Source: Prochlorococcus sp. AG-679-M23 (lineage in GTDB: Bacteria; Cyanobacteriota; Cyanobacteriia; PCC-6307; Cyanobiaceae). Taken from it: a stretch of DNA of 64,000 nt. Shown here piece by piece: positions 22,014-34,047 of the stretch (position 1 is its first letter; each line of letters begins with the position of its first letter). Made by a program: the position numbers and the translations under genes. The stretch covers positions 32,001-96,000 of the forward strand of contig QCUR01000003.1 of assembly GCA_003208875.1 (NCBI GenBank), read 5' to 3'. The notes below the pieces were generated by a model. It saw nothing but the letters and a program-made list of their open reading frames with translations, did no database searches and was not told the DNA's origin.

Positions 22014-23486
22014 TTAAGAAAAAGTGTTATTTGTTTTTGTTGGATATTGAATTCGTCTATGTCTAATTCTTTTCCAAACATTTAAAAAAGATTTTTTTAT
22101 TAGAAAAATTTCTCCCTTGGAAAGATTACTATCATTTAACTGGCCATCAGCTTCTCTTGAATTAATTATTTTAGATATTGTTACTAATGCTTCATAGTCA
22201 GAAGCATTAATATCCATTGCTCTTAATGCAGCCTCACATCCATCGGCAAGCATCAAGATAGCCGTTTCTTTAGATTGAGGGATAGGTCCTTTATATCTAA
22301 AATCGCTTTCATTAAAATCTAATTTTTTCTCTTCAGCTTTATTTAGAAAATATCCCATTTTTAGAGTCCCTTGATGTTCTGGTATGAAATTAGCTATTGG
22401 TTTTGGTAATCTATTTTTTCTTGCAAATTTAAGACCTTCGTCTACGTGGGCTTGTAAAACCTCTGCGCTTTTTAAAGGATCATCTATTTCATCATGTGGA
22501 TTTATCGCACCATCTTGATTCTCAATGAACCAATTTGGAGCATGTAATTTACCAACATCATGATAAAGAGAACCTGTTTTAATAAGATCAATATCTCCTC
22601 CTATCATTCTTGTCGCCTCTTCAGCAAGTCCACATATTAATAAAGTATGTTCGAAAGTCCCTGGAGCTTCAATAGAAAGTCTTCTAATAAGAGGTTTTTC
22701 TTTATCGGCCAATTCTAACAATCTTGCCTTTGTTAATAATCCAAATATTGACTCAAAAATGGGAATAAATAATATTGTTATGAGCATTATTATTGCTAAT
22801 AGCAGAGAATCAGAAAATATTTTGCCATTTATATTGAAAAATTCTTGGTTATCCAATAATAAATATTCCTCATTGCCAATTAGTAACCATTGAGAAAACA
22901 TTGCCCCAATGGGAACAAATATTGAAAGTTGAAGTAACTGAGCTCTACTTCTTATTCTTCCGCCAAGAACTGAAACGACACATGCGCAAATCAAGGTTAT
23001 AAGTAGCAGATTACTATTAATATTTGTCAGAGAATCTGGCCAACTTAGACTTGCTACTGAGACCCAAGCTAAAGCAGTTATGGTTCCCATACCTTGAGAA
23101 ATAATTAAAGCAGGAGGTATGATGATTGATAAAGGACTTAATCCTGATCCAAAGATATTTTTTATCATTTGAACCACTAATAGTAGTGAAATAATTAAGA
23201 GGATTTGTCTTGAATTAATATTTGGATTTTCTTTTCTAGAAACTAGTATTAAAAATCCGCAAGTAAATAAGACTTCAGTAAAAGTAATGCCCCAAGATAA
23301 AAAATCTGAGCCTTCTAGAGTTTGAAGAAGAAGAATTTCGTAGGAGGATACTATCGAGATAACAATACATATTAGGAAGATAATTAATTTATCTATTGTT
23401 GAAATTTGAATAGGGTTCTGTGAAGGTAATTGACTTCTTTTCCATAAATTATTTAATTTTTTTATAATTCTTGTTGTATTTTGCAC
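22014..23486 (-). CDS. membrane HD-domain phosphohydrolase (7TM-HD, PgpH-like)
   Basis: Multi-TM N-terminus; EAPGTFEHT, YHDVGK, EHQGT, FRYKGP and LADGCEA motifs. Confidence 0.85.
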   Translation of the reverse strand: MQNTTRIIKKLNNLWKRSQLPSQNPIQISTIDKLIIFLICIVISIVSSYEILLLQTLEGSDFLSWGITFTEVLFTCGFLILVSRKENPNINSRQILLIISLLLVVQMIKNIFGSGLSPLSIIIPPALIISQGMGTITALAWVSVASLSWPDSLTNINSNLLLITLICACVVSVLGGRIRSRAQLLQLSIFVPIGAMFSQWLLIGNEEYLLLDNQEFFNINGKIFSDSLLLAIIMLITILFIPIFESIFGLLTKARLLELADKEKPLIRRLSIEAPGTFEHTLLICGLAEEATRMIGGDIDLIKTGSLYHDVGKLHAPNWFIENQDGAINPHDEIDDPLKSAEVLQAHVDEGLKFARKNRLPKPIANFIPEHQGTLKMGYFLNKAEEKKLDFNESDFRYKGPIPQSKETAILMLADGCEAALRAMDINASDYEALVTISKIINSREADGQLNDSNLSKGEIFLIKKSFLNVWKRIRHRRIQYPTKTNNTFS

Positions 23487-23560
23487 AGAATAGAATTAAA
23501 TCTAATTGATTAATTTTGAATTATAGGCATGCTAGGAGTAAAAAGGAGAAGTTTTTCTAA

Positions 23561-24457
23561 ATGTCATTAAAACTAGATGGTAAAAAATTATCCTTAGAAA
23601 TAGAAGAAAGATTAAGAAATTATATTCTTACTAATAAAACAATTGCGAAAAGAAATCCTGGTTTAGCTGTAATAAGAATTGGCGAAGATCCCGCAAGCGG
23701 AGTTTATGTAGGGAACAAAGAAAAAGCTTGTTCAAGAGTTGGAATAAAGAGTTATATTTTTCATCTAAAAGATACAGTAGAGCAAAAAGAAGTTGAACAA
23801 TTATTAAATAAATTAAATCTTGATAACAATATTGATGGAATGTTATTACAACTACCCATATCAAATAAATTTGACGAACAAAGATTGATAAGTTTCATTA
23901 ATCCAGAAAAAGATGTAGATGGATTAAATGAGCAAAATATTGGGAAGTTAGTAAAAAATGAACAAGCAATGAGATCTTGCACACCAGCTGGGATCGTAAA
24001 TTTACTAAAATCCCAAAATATTAAAATTGAAGGAAAAAAAATTGTTGTTATTGGAAGAAGTTTGTTGGTTGGAAAACCCCTATCTCTTATGTTGTTGAAT
24101 CTTAATGCTACCGTGACAATAACTCATTCAAAAACTATAAATTTAAAGAATATTTGCAAGGAAGCAGATATATTAATCGCTGCTGCAGGAAAACCTAACC
24201 TCATAGACTCAAGTTTCGTTAAAGATGGTGCTGTAATTATTGATGTTGGAATACATAGATTAACAAGTACCGACAAAAGCAAAACTAGATTATGTGGAGA
24301 TGTATTATTAGAAGATGTCATTCCCAAAGTATTTGCATACACCCCCGTCCCTGGAGGTGTTGGACCAATGACAGTAACAATGTTACTAGTAAATACTATT
24401 TTCAGCTGGCAAAAACAATTTGGTTTATCATCAACTCTTAATGACCTGCTGCCATAA
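23561..24457 (+). CDS. folD: methylenetetrahydrofolate dehydrogenase/cyclohydrolase
   Basis: [19 protein letters not shown] and [11 protein letters not shown] motifs. Confidence 0.96.
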   Translation: MSLKLDGKKLSLEIEERLRNYILTNKTIAKRNPGLAVIRIGEDPASGVYVGNKEKACSRVGIKSYIFHLKDTVEQKEVEQLLNKLNLDNNIDGMLLQLPISNKFDEQRLISFINPEKDVDGLNEQNIGKLVKNEQAMRSCTPAGIVNLLKSQNIKIEGKKIVVIGRSLLVGKPLSLMLLNLNATVTITHSKTINLKNICKEADILIAAAGKPNLIDSSFVKDGAVIIDVGIHRLTSTDKSKTRLCGDVLLEDVIPKVFAYTPVPGGVGPMTVTMLLVNTIFSWQKQFGLSSTLNDLLP

Positions 24458-24494
24458 AGCTAACGATGCAGAAAAACATTACTCAACGTAAAAA

Positions 24495-25397
24495 ATGACA
24501 GAAGTTATAGATAATATTCCAGATTTTGAAAAATATCTAACAGACACAAAAAAAGTCGTCGAAGAAGCTCTTGATTTCTCATTAGGCCCCGAGAACCCAG
24601 AAATCCTTAGAGAGTCAATGAGATATTCTCTCCTGGCTGGAGGGAAAAGGATACGTCCAATTTTATGTCTAGCTTCTTGTTCACTAGCAGGAGGAGAGCC
24701 CTCTCTAGCTGTTCCTACAGCAGTTGCCATCGAAATGATTCACACCATGTCATTGATTCATGATGATTTACCTGCGATGGACAATGACGACTTAAGGAGA
24801 GGAAGACCTACTAACCATAAAGTCTATGGCGATGCAATAGCTATTCTAGCTGGTGATGCATTACTAACTAGAGCATTTGAAATGGTCTCACTAAGAAGCC
24901 CTGGCGTTAATCCAAATAGATTATTAAATGTAGTTGGAGAACTTTCCCGTGTAGCAGGAGCACCAGGACTTGTTGGGGGGCAAGTTGTTGATTTGGAATG
25001 TGAAGGGAAAGAAGTTGACCTCGAAACCCTTGAGTATATTCATCTTCATAAGACCGGTGCATTATTAAAAGCTTGTGTAAGAACTGGTGCAATGATTGCC
25101 GGAGCTAATGAAGAATTATTAAAGGCCCTAACTACATATGCAGAGGGAATTGGTTTAGCATTCCAAATAATCGATGACATCCTTGATTTAACATCAAGCA
25201 GTGAGAAGCTTGGTAAAACAGCAGGCAAAGATCTTTTGGCAGATAAAACTACGTATCCAAAATTACTTGGAATGGAAGAATCAAAGAAAAGAGCTTTTGA
25301 TTTAGTGGACCAAGCCAAGAAAGCAATTGAGCCTTGGGGCTTAAATGCAAAATATTTAATCTCCCTAGCCGATTTCATTACTAATAGAGATAGGTAA
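24495..25397 (+). CDS. crtE: geranylgeranyl diphosphate synthase
   Basis: [21 protein letters not shown] and FQIIDD motifs. Confidence 0.94.
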   Translation: MTEVIDNIPDFEKYLTDTKKVVEEALDFSLGPENPEILRESMRYSLLAGGKRIRPILCLASCSLAGGEPSLAVPTAVAIEMIHTMSLIHDDLPAMDNDDLRRGRPTNHKVYGDAIAILAGDALLTRAFEMVSLRSPGVNPNRLLNVVGELSRVAGAPGLVGGQVVDLECEGKEVDLETLEYIHLHKTGALLKACVRTGAMIAGANEELLKALTTYAEGIGLAFQIIDDILDLTSSSEKLGKTAGKDLLADKTTYPKLLGMEESKKRAFDLVDQAKKAIEPWGLNAKYLISLADFITNRDR

Positions 25398-25411
25398 AGA
25401 GTATTTAACTT

Positions 25412-25891
25412 ATGTCAGAATTTTCAGCTCTCTTCGATAATTCAGTTCTTTTCTGGGGTTTATTATCCTGTTTAATAGCTCAATTTTTAAAAATTTTATT
25501 TAATTTCTTTTCAACAGGAAAGATCAGATTTGGAATTATGTTTGAAACAGGAGGCATGCCCTCAAGTCATTCTGCTTTGATAACCGGTACTACTTCAGGA
25601 ATAGGTTTTCAATTAGGCTTTGATAACGCACTATTTGCATTAGCAGTTGCACTTTCACTAATTGTTATGTACGACGCCAGCGGTGTTAGAAAATCAGCTG
25701 GAATTCAGGCTGCAGAAATTAACAACCTATCAAGAAAATTAGATCCTAAGTCCCAAGTAGCTTTAAAAGAGACTCTTGGTCATACAAAATTTGAGGTTAT
25801 TGTAGGAAGTCTTTTAGGCCCATTAATTACATTACCAGGAATTGTTTTTATAGGTTCTCCTCTCAACATCTTTAATTTGATAATAAATTAA
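25412..25891 (+). CDS. divergent PAP2 family membrane protein (DUF212)
   Basis: GGMPSSHSA, VMYDASGVR and LGHT motifs; follows crtE as is usual in cyanobacteria. Confidence 0.9.
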   Translation: MSEFSALFDNSVLFWGLLSCLIAQFLKILFNFFSTGKIRFGIMFETGGMPSSHSALITGTTSGIGFQLGFDNALFALAVALSLIVMYDASGVRKSAGIQAAEINNLSRKLDPKSQVALKETLGHTKFEVIVGSLLGPLITLPGIVFIGSPLNIFNLIIN

Positions 25892-27282
25892 TAATCTTGA
25901 GAATAATTAAATTGTGTAGCATCTACGAAGTTTTTTGCAGCTTCAGGGCTGCTTGGCAAATGTAAATGAATCCAACTTGCATGTAATTTTTTATCTGACC
26001 AACCTTCATTTTTAAATTTAGTCTCCCACGATTTAATTTCCCATGGAGAAGATAATTCGCTCTGATACCCAGTTTTTTTTAAATCAAAGTCTGAGGAAGA
26101 ACTTTCAACTTCCCAATAATGAAATTCATGACCTCTCATTGATTGATTTTGTTTAATTATTGGAGTATCTTTTAAACCCTTTATATATCTATAACCTACA
26201 GACAAATTACTTTTTTTTGATTTAAAAGGTAATATTCCGCTCATTTTATGATTATTACCATTTTCATCTTTTATTAAGTCACCTAAGATCATCATCCCAC
26301 CACACTCTGCATAAATAAATCCTTTTTTACGGAATTCCCTTAATGACTTTAAGCTTTTATTTGAATCACTTATATGGTTAGCATATTTCTCAGGAAAGCC
26401 TCCTGGAATAATTAAAGATGAAGCCTCGTTTGGAATTTCTTCATTATTAAAGATACTCCATGAAATTAGTGGAATCCCTATTTCATCAAGAAACTCCTTG
26501 GTTTCAGGGTATTGAAAATGAAAAATTTTATCTTCTACAATTGCGATAGGTTTATTTTTATCTATTTTAAAATCTTTACCACAAGGGGTATTTAATATAT
26601 TTTTTTGGGGAGGAGATTTCAGGAATTTGATTAGAGAAACAACATCAAGATTTTTTTCAGCAAAACTTGCAAAATAATCAATATCAATTTTTTTGTCACT
26701 ATCAAATGGTGAAATTAAACCTAAATTAGCTTTATTAACAGTTATTTTGGAATCAGAAGGTAAAAACCCAAGGATTTCGATATCTTCATTTTTAAAAACT
26801 TCTCTAATTAATCTTTTATGTCTATCTGCATTGACGTTATTAAATATAATCCCTTTTATTGATAATTTATTATCAAAATCTCTAAAACCTCTAACTGTTG
26901 GGAGAAGAGAGGCTACTTGCCCTTTAGCATTAATAATAAAAATGATTGGAACATCAAGAAGTTTGGCAACATTTGCAGTACTTGAATAAGCTGTTGCACC
27001 TAATCCATCAAAAAGACCCATAGCTCCTTCAATTAATGAAAATTCATATTTCCAAGAATGCTTTAAAAAATTTTTTTGAACCCATTCTTCACCACTTAAA
27101 AAAATATCTAAATTCCGACAACTAGGTTGGCCAATAGAACTAAGTTGTTGCTGATCAAGATAATCTGGTCCGACCTTAAAAGTTTGAATTTTTATCCCTT
27201 TTGAAAAAGCCCAACAAGCAATCAAAAGAGATAAAGTAGTTTTCCCACTATCAGTTGAAGGAGAAGATATTACACAAGGCAT
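25888..27282 (-). CDS. cobB: cobyrinate a,c-diamide synthase
   Basis: SGKTT, FKVGPDYLD, EGAMGLFDG, AECGG and GHEFHY motifs. Confidence 0.92.
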   Translation of the reverse strand: MPCVISSPSTDSGKTTLSLLIACWAFSKGIKIQTFKVGPDYLDQQQLSSIGQPSCRNLDIFLSGEEWVQKNFLKHSWKYEFSLIEGAMGLFDGLGATAYSSTANVAKLLDVPIIFIINAKGQVASLLPTVRGFRDFDNKLSIKGIIFNNVNADRHKRLIREVFKNEDIEILGFLPSDSKITVNKANLGLISPFDSDKKIDIDYFASFAEKNLDVVSLIKFLKSPPQKNILNTPCGKDFKIDKNKPIAIVEDKIFHFQYPETKEFLDEIGIPLISWSIFNNEEIPNEASSLIIPGGFPEKYANHISDSNKSLKSLREFRKKGFIYAECGGMMILGDLIKDENGNNHKMSGILPFKSKKSNLSVGYRYIKGLKDTPIIKQNQSMRGHEFHYWEVESSSSDFDLKKTGYQSELSSPWEIKSWETKFKNEGWSDKKLHASWIHLHLPSSPEAAKNFVDATQFNYSQDY

Positions 27283-27286
27283 TTAA

Positions 27287-28594
27287 TTATTCTGATTTAT
27301 TAAAACCATTAAATATTTGAACTGCGACCTTAATAGCATTTTCAAAAAGTGGGCTAGTATTTCCTCTACTACTTCCCAATAACTTACTTACATCAGATTC
27401 TGATGAAGAAAAAGCATTTGGAACAACTTGCTCTATTAATTGCATATCAGCCATACCTCCAGCTTCAAGTCTCATACATTCAACAGATTCACAGCCAAGA
27501 ATTACACAAGTATTGTTTTTAAGAACCTTACTAATTTTAGAAATCAATCTTAATCCTATAACTTGGCCTGAATGTATACTTGGATTTCCCAACGGAATAG
27601 AGTTTATAAATGTTGAAATTTTCTCACCATTATTTCTTTTGAATTCTATTTTTATTAATTCTCCATGATTATATATTTTTGAAAATGCCCATCCTAGTTT
27701 GTCACTAATCCACGAAATTAAAAGTAGCGCTTGAATAAAATTACCTTCTGCTATATCTATATCTATATCTGAGATATGATCTAATATAGGTCTCCTGGAT
27801 GGAGGATCAAAAATCATTGCTAATGATTCACGCCAGCTTTTCAGTCTTACCCAATTTAAATCATTTATAGCCTTATTTGAATTTATTGATTGATAAAGGA
27901 TTTTTAAACATCTTTTAGGAGACCCATTTGCAGTATCAATAATTAGCCTAATACCCTGATCAGTAAAATAATTAAAAATTTCTTGTGATTCATCAAGGCT
28001 GCCATTCCACCATAACCATATAGGTAAGTCTTTTATAGATAGGTCATCAATAATTTTCAATCCGTTTTTATTAATAGAATTAGAGTCACCCCTTATGACG
28101 ACTAAATCGCCACAGATAGGTTGAGTTATATTGTTATCACTAAGTGGGCAATAAGCAGATACAAAAGTTTTTATTTCTGATCCTTTATTTAAAGTTGGTG
28201 CTAAGGTAATTAATCTTCTAGGATTTAAGGTGCTTATTGAAGATTCAAAGAATTGTCCTCTTAAGTCTTCATAATCTTTATTTGATAAATTCCCCTTTAA
28301 TAAAGTCAACAACTTTTCACTAAATATGGAAGTAGTATGTGACAATCCTTTATCTATAATTAATTTTTTAGCAACTTTTATAATCTCGGGACTTAATGTT
28401 CCAGTAATTGGTCCACTTATTAAGCCTGATTTAACTAAACATTGTTCAAGCCATGCAGGCTGCCAGACAATCAAAGTAAAAGTATTTGCTCCAGCGCTTT
28501 CTTCATCTTCAGAAATCCATAATTGATTTAAATAATTAGATATTTCTTGATGAGGTAGTTCTAATGGGGTTTGAAGTGTTAATTGAGGTTTCAT
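27287..28594 (-). CDS. opcA: glucose-6-phosphate dehydrogenase assembly protein OpcA
   Basis: Directly downstream of zwf; VSAYCP, LWWNG and DLNWVRL motifs. Confidence 0.92.
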   Translation of the reverse strand: MKPQLTLQTPLELPHQEISNYLNQLWISEDEESAGANTFTLIVWQPAWLEQCLVKSGLISGPITGTLSPEIIKVAKKLIIDKGLSHTTSIFSEKLLTLLKGNLSNKDYEDLRGQFFESSISTLNPRRLITLAPTLNKGSEIKTFVSAYCPLSDNNITQPICGDLVVIRGDSNSINKNGLKIIDDLSIKDLPIWLWWNGSLDESQEIFNYFTDQGIRLIIDTANGSPKRCLKILYQSINSNKAINDLNWVRLKSWRESLAMIFDPPSRRPILDHISDIDIDIAEGNFIQALLLISWISDKLGWAFSKIYNHGELIKIEFKRNNGEKISTFINSIPLGNPSIHSGQVIGLRLISKISKVLKNNTCVILGCESVECMRLEAGGMADMQLIEQVVPNAFSSSESDVSKLLGSSRGNTSPLFENAIKVAVQIFNGFNKSE

Positions 28595-28601
28595 TATAAA
28601 A

Positions 28602-30125
28602 TTAGGGTCTGCGCCAAAAAATATTGTCTTTGGAAAGTAATTGATCTGATTCAGGAGGTCCCCAAGTCATTGATTCGTATTTATGAATAGGTAACTTCCA
28701 AGGAGAGTCTTCCATTAATTCTATTAATGGAGTATAAAGTTTCCAAGCAGCTTCTACCTCATCACTCCTTGTAAACAAGGTAGGATCAGAGAGCATGGCA
28801 TCAGCCAACAATCTTACATAACCTTCGTCAGAAGGCTCTCCAAAAGATTCATCGTAAGAAAATTCCATCTCAACTGGTCTTGATTTCATCCCAGAACCAG
28901 GTGATTTGACTTCAAATTTAAAAGTAGCCCCTTCATTAGGCTGAATCCTAAGAATAAGCTGATTTGGCGAAGGATTAATTATTGTTGATTCAAATAAATG
29001 TACTGGGACATCTTTAAATGTTAATACAATTTCCCCAAGTCTTTTCGGTAGTCTTTTACCTGTTCTTAAGTAGAAAGGAACTCCTTGCCATCGCCAATTA
29101 TCAATAAATACTTTTGTAGCGATATAAGTCTCTGTTGTACTGTTCAAATTTACTCCATCTTCATCTCTATAACCTTTAAGTCTTTTAAGACTATTCCCTC
29201 CTTGTGCATACTGACCTCTGACACAGCAATTCCAGGGTTCATTCTCATCGGCAAGTTTTGAAGCTTGAAGAACTTTTGCTTTTTCATTTCTTATTGCCTC
29301 AGGTTCAAATTTACCAGGAGGCTCCATCGCAGTTACAGCAAGCATTTGAGTTAAATGATTTTGAAGCATATCTCTTAACGCACCAGAGCTTTCATAATAA
29401 CCAGCTCTATCTTCAACCCCAACAGTCTCCGATGATGTTATTTGAACACTTGAAATATAATTCCTATTCCATATAGGTTCAAAAATAGTATTAGCAAACC
29501 TCATAACGAGTATGTTTTGAACAGTCTCTTTCCCTAAATAATGATCTATTCGATATATCTGACTTTCATCTGCACAACTTTGAACGATCTTATTTAATTT
29601 CTTCGCACTTGAATAATCTCTTCCAAAGGGTTTTTCAATAACGATTCGACTTTTCTTTAGATCATCTAGTAATCCAGCATTCTTTAGAGCCTTACATCCA
29701 CTTCCATAAAAGTTTGGAGATACTGATAAATAAAAGGTCTTATTTCCATGAGTAGCCTGTAATTTATCAACTTCATTTAATCTTTTGGAAAGTCTTACAA
29801 CATGATCACTTTGCTGTAAATCAACTGGTTCGTAGAATAGATAATTTGAAAACTTTTCCCATTCCTTTTCATTGTCAGATATTTGATCAGTTAACTTAGC
29901 CTTCATTTTTTCCTTAAAATCTTGATCACTCCAAGGCCTTCTTGCACACCCGACTATAGCAAATTCACTTGGGATCCTTCTTTGCAAATAGAGTTCAAAT
30001 AAGGCAGGTATAAGTTTTCTATGAGTAAGATCTCCACTAGCTCCAAATATTATTAGGCATTGTGGAGATATCACTCTTTCTTGTCGCAAACCCAATCTAA
30101 GAGGATTACTTAAGGTTGAGGACAT
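28602..30125 (-). CDS. zwf: glucose-6-phosphate 1-dehydrogenase
   Basis: GASGDL, EKPFG and RIDHYLGKE motifs. Confidence 0.97.
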   Translation of the reverse strand: MSSTLSNPLRLGLRQERVISPQCLIIFGASGDLTHRKLIPALFELYLQRRIPSEFAIVGCARRPWSDQDFKEKMKAKLTDQISDNEKEWEKFSNYLFYEPVDLQQSDHVVRLSKRLNEVDKLQATHGNKTFYLSVSPNFYGSGCKALKNAGLLDDLKKSRIVIEKPFGRDYSSAKKLNKIVQSCADESQIYRIDHYLGKETVQNILVMRFANTIFEPIWNRNYISSVQITSSETVGVEDRAGYYESSGALRDMLQNHLTQMLAVTAMEPPGKFEPEAIRNEKAKVLQASKLADENEPWNCCVRGQYAQGGNSLKRLKGYRDEDGVNLNSTTETYIATKVFIDNWRWQGVPFYLRTGKRLPKRLGEIVLTFKDVPVHLFESTIINPSPNQLILRIQPNEGATFKFEVKSPGSGMKSRPVEMEFSYDESFGEPSDEGYVRLLADAMLSDPTLFTRSDEVEAAWKLYTPLIELMEDSPWKLPIHKYESMTWGPPESDQLLSKDNIFWRRP

Positions 30126-30238
30126 ATCTTTTTATAAGTCTTATATAGATAAAATCGTCTTTTTTGGACTAATTAGCTACATTTTGTGTCTAAACCAAAA
30201 AAGTCTTTAAATTATTAAAAAAATTTTTAGTGGGAAAT

Positions 30239-31360
<1,122 letters not shown>

Positions 31361-31533
31361 TTATTTATACTAAAAGATTATCAATTTGTATATTAATTTG
31401 TATGTGTTTTATAAAAATGGTTACGTTTTGAGATCGGAATATTTAATTATAAATCTTTCCATTTTTAAATTTTTATAAATTTTATCGGTATAGTTACACA
31501 GGAATAATTTTTTATTTAATAAAAAATTCATCT

Positions 31534-32070
31534 ATGAATAATTCTCAAAGATCAGTAACTCATTCTCAAAATGATGATTATAGGACAATTGAGCAGACCA
31601 TGGAAAAGCTTTCTGGAGGAACAAGAAGGCTTGCTGCTCAGTTAACTACTTCTGCAACTTTCAACTCACTATGGAATGTTCTAACTGATTATGACCGCCT
31701 AAATATCTATATCCCGAATTTGTTATCTAGTAGAAAAATTTATAAAAATAATAATAATGTTCATCTAAAACAAGTTGGTGCTCAAGATTTCCTTGGAATG
31801 AAATTTTCAGCGGAAGTTACTATTGATTTATTCGAAGAGAAAGAACTTGGTTTATTAAAATTTAGTCTAATTAAAGGAGATTTCAGAAGATTTGAAGGGA
31901 GCTGGAAAATTAAAAAAATAAAAGACACTTCAAAAAACTCATTAATTTATGATCTGACTGTTCAGGGTTGTCAATGGATGCCAATAGGAATGATAGAAAA
32001 AAGGTTAAAAAAAGACCTTTCTGAAAATTTGATTGCGGTAGATAAGCAAGCAAAAGCTTCAATAAAATAA
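31534..32070 (+). CDS. SRPBCC/START family (polyketide cyclase-like) protein
   Basis: LWNVLTDY..L..YIP and GDFRRFEGSW motifs. Confidence 0.85.
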   Translation: MNNSQRSVTHSQNDDYRTIEQTMEKLSGGTRRLAAQLTTSATFNSLWNVLTDYDRLNIYIPNLLSSRKIYKNNNNVHLKQVGAQDFLGMKFSAEVTIDLFEEKELGLLKFSLIKGDFRRFEGSWKIKKIKDTSKNSLIYDLTVQGCQWMPIGMIEKRLKKDLSENLIAVDKQAKASIK

Positions 32071-32097
32071 ATAATTAAAATTTTGAAAATTAATTTA

Positions 32098-32170
32098 TAG
32101 CCCCAAGGGGATTCGAACCCCTGTCGCCTCCGTGAAAGGGAGGTGTCCTAGGCCTCTAGACGATGGGGCC
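32098..32170 (-). tRNA. trnE: tRNA-Glu (anticodon UUC), CCA not encoded
   Basis: Minus strand GGCCCCATCGTCTAGAGGCCTAGGACACCTCCCTTTCACGGAGGCGACAGGGGTTCGAATCCCCTTGGGGCTA folds as a cloverleaf with a TTCGAAT T-loop. Confidence 0.97.
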
Positions 32171-32211
32171 AAGGAAATAGCTTAATAGCTAATAAAAAAT
32201 TAGGAGTAAAG

Positions 32212-33330
32212 CTATCCTTTCGTCAAGTGTTGTTGATCTTTGTTTTGGCCTTGCCACACTGGAACAGTAAAATGAAAGCATGAACCTTCACCAACTTCTG
32301 ATACAACCCATATTCTCCCTCCATGAACTTCAACAATTCTTCTGCAAACAGATAGGCCAATACCAAATCCTGATGTTCCCTCAGATGTCTGTGGTAGTCT
32401 AACTCTATCAAGAAATATTCTTTTTTGCTCACTTACTGGAATTCCAGCACCTTTGTCACAAATCGTTATTTCTACCCATTGATTTGTTTTATGAATCAAT
32501 GTAATTTTAATTCTTCCAGAATCTTCTGAAAATTTAAGGGCATTTTCAATTAAGTTTAAAAATACCTGTCTCATTCTTCTTTGATCTGCATATACGCTTG
32601 GGAGATCAGATGGTATGTCAGTATCAATTTCTATCTTCCTAAATCTCCAAAACTTTTCTAATTCAAGAATTGCCTCAGCACTTATGTTTCCTAAATCAAT
32701 TTTTTGAGGATTAAAAAGAGCTTCCCATTTTGTTGTTCCAACCTCAAGAAGATCTTGAGATAAAAGTTCAATTTCTTCTAAACGTCGTTTAATTACATCT
32801 TGCAATTTTTTTATATCAATTTGTCCTAGTTTTTGACTTTGAATAGCAAGAGTTGCTGCCGTCAGCGGCGTTCTTAATTCATGTGCAACCATTCTTAACA
32901 GTCTTTCCTGTGATTCAATTCTTTTTGTAAGTGTCTCGTTTTCTTGTCTAAGGACCAATAATTCTTCCTCAAGGAGAAACTCTTTTTGGGTTCTAATTGA
33001 GTCTATTTTAGAAGGTTGAAGATTAATACCTAAATTTTGTGTAACTCCTTCTTGTTTCCATCTAGGCAACCAAGTCTGCAACTGAACAAAAATATTACTT
33101 CCTGCAAATATTTGCTTTGGAGCTGGTGAAACTTTAATAAGAGCAGGAATAGCAACCAATCTATGCAATTCAAGTAGTTCAGGTTGTTCCGTTGGTTCAG
33201 AAATCTGAAGAGAAATCTCAAACTCGCAGTCATCAGACTCTAAATAAGATAGTAATGATTTAAGATCGCCTCTAGAAAGATGATTTCTAGCAGCTACTAA
33301 TATTAATTTTAATTCTTTTTTTTCATTCAA
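32212..33330 (-). CDS. sasA: clock-output histidine kinase SasA
   Basis: N-terminal KaiB-like domain ([18 protein letters not shown]), H-box AHELRTP, and N/G1/G2 boxes. Confidence 0.92.
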   Translation of the reverse strand: MNEKKELKLILVAARNHLSRGDLKSLLSYLESDDCEFEISLQISEPTEQPELLELHRLVAIPALIKVSPAPKQIFAGSNIFVQLQTWLPRWKQEGVTQNLGINLQPSKIDSIRTQKEFLLEEELLVLRQENETLTKRIESQERLLRMVAHELRTPLTAATLAIQSQKLGQIDIKKLQDVIKRRLEEIELLSQDLLEVGTTKWEALFNPQKIDLGNISAEAILELEKFWRFRKIEIDTDIPSDLPSVYADQRRMRQVFLNLIENALKFSEDSGRIKITLIHKTNQWVEITICDKGAGIPVSEQKRIFLDRVRLPQTSEGTSGFGIGLSVCRRIVEVHGGRIWVVSEVGEGSCFHFTVPVWQGQNKDQQHLTKG

Positions 33331-33436
33331 ATCATTTGCCCAGAATTTTTGATAAGCTGTTTTTGCTTATAAACACATTAAGATATATATATATACTTTA
33401 CAGTTAAGCTATCAAATAAATAGATGATATTTAGAA

Positions 33437-33979
33437 ATGGTTGCTAATATTCAAAAAAATAATATCAATTCCGGTGGATATAATTCCCCTGAAGTAAGCA
33501 TAGATAGTAATTTAAAAAGATGGTTTTCTCGTAATATTGGACTTTGGAAATCCAATAGGACATATTTTCTCGAAGAAGAAAGGAAAGCTTACAACCTTTG
33601 CATGTACATAAATATTGAGTCTCTTGAAAATAAAAAAGAATGGGAATCTCATTATAAATTTACTTGGTATCCAGAAAAGAAATATAGTTTTTTTGATGAA
33701 TATCCCAAATATAGAGAAAGAGGAGAAATGCAAGCCTTTATAAAAGACCACCAATTAATAAGAGAAAAATTTTATTTAAGTGATATTGATGGAATATCCA
33801 ATATTAAACAAGTTGATGAACATGAAATGATTTTCGAATCATCTTATGAAGATTGGTACATACTTGAACACACAAGACTTATTGACGGGGATAATTATAG
33901 ATATAGAGTTATATATTCATGGAACAAAGATAAACTTAAAATAGTAGAAAATCATCATGAAATAAAAATTATTACATAA
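33437..33979 (+). CDS. hypothetical protein, possibly CpcS/CpeS-like lyase fold
   Basis: 180-aa ORF; WFSRNIGLWKSNRTY resembles the CpcS/CpeS N-terminal motif by eye only. Confidence 0.6.
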   Translation: MVANIQKNNINSGGYNSPEVSIDSNLKRWFSRNIGLWKSNRTYFLEEERKAYNLCMYINIESLENKKEWESHYKFTWYPEKKYSFFDEYPKYRERGEMQAFIKDHQLIREKFYLSDIDGISNIKQVDEHEMIFESSYEDWYILEHTRLIDGDNYRYRVIYSWNKDKLKIVENHHEIKIIT

Positions 33980-34047
33980 ATTCTGTTAGTCAATTAAGTT
34001 TAAAAATAAAAAATGTTATCTTTAAAAAGTAAATTAAAAAATAATTA

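Noticed and set aside
32071..32211. tRNA-Glu as an island or prophage integration site
   Set aside because: I saw no integrase, no duplicated tRNA 3' end and no foreign genes next to it.
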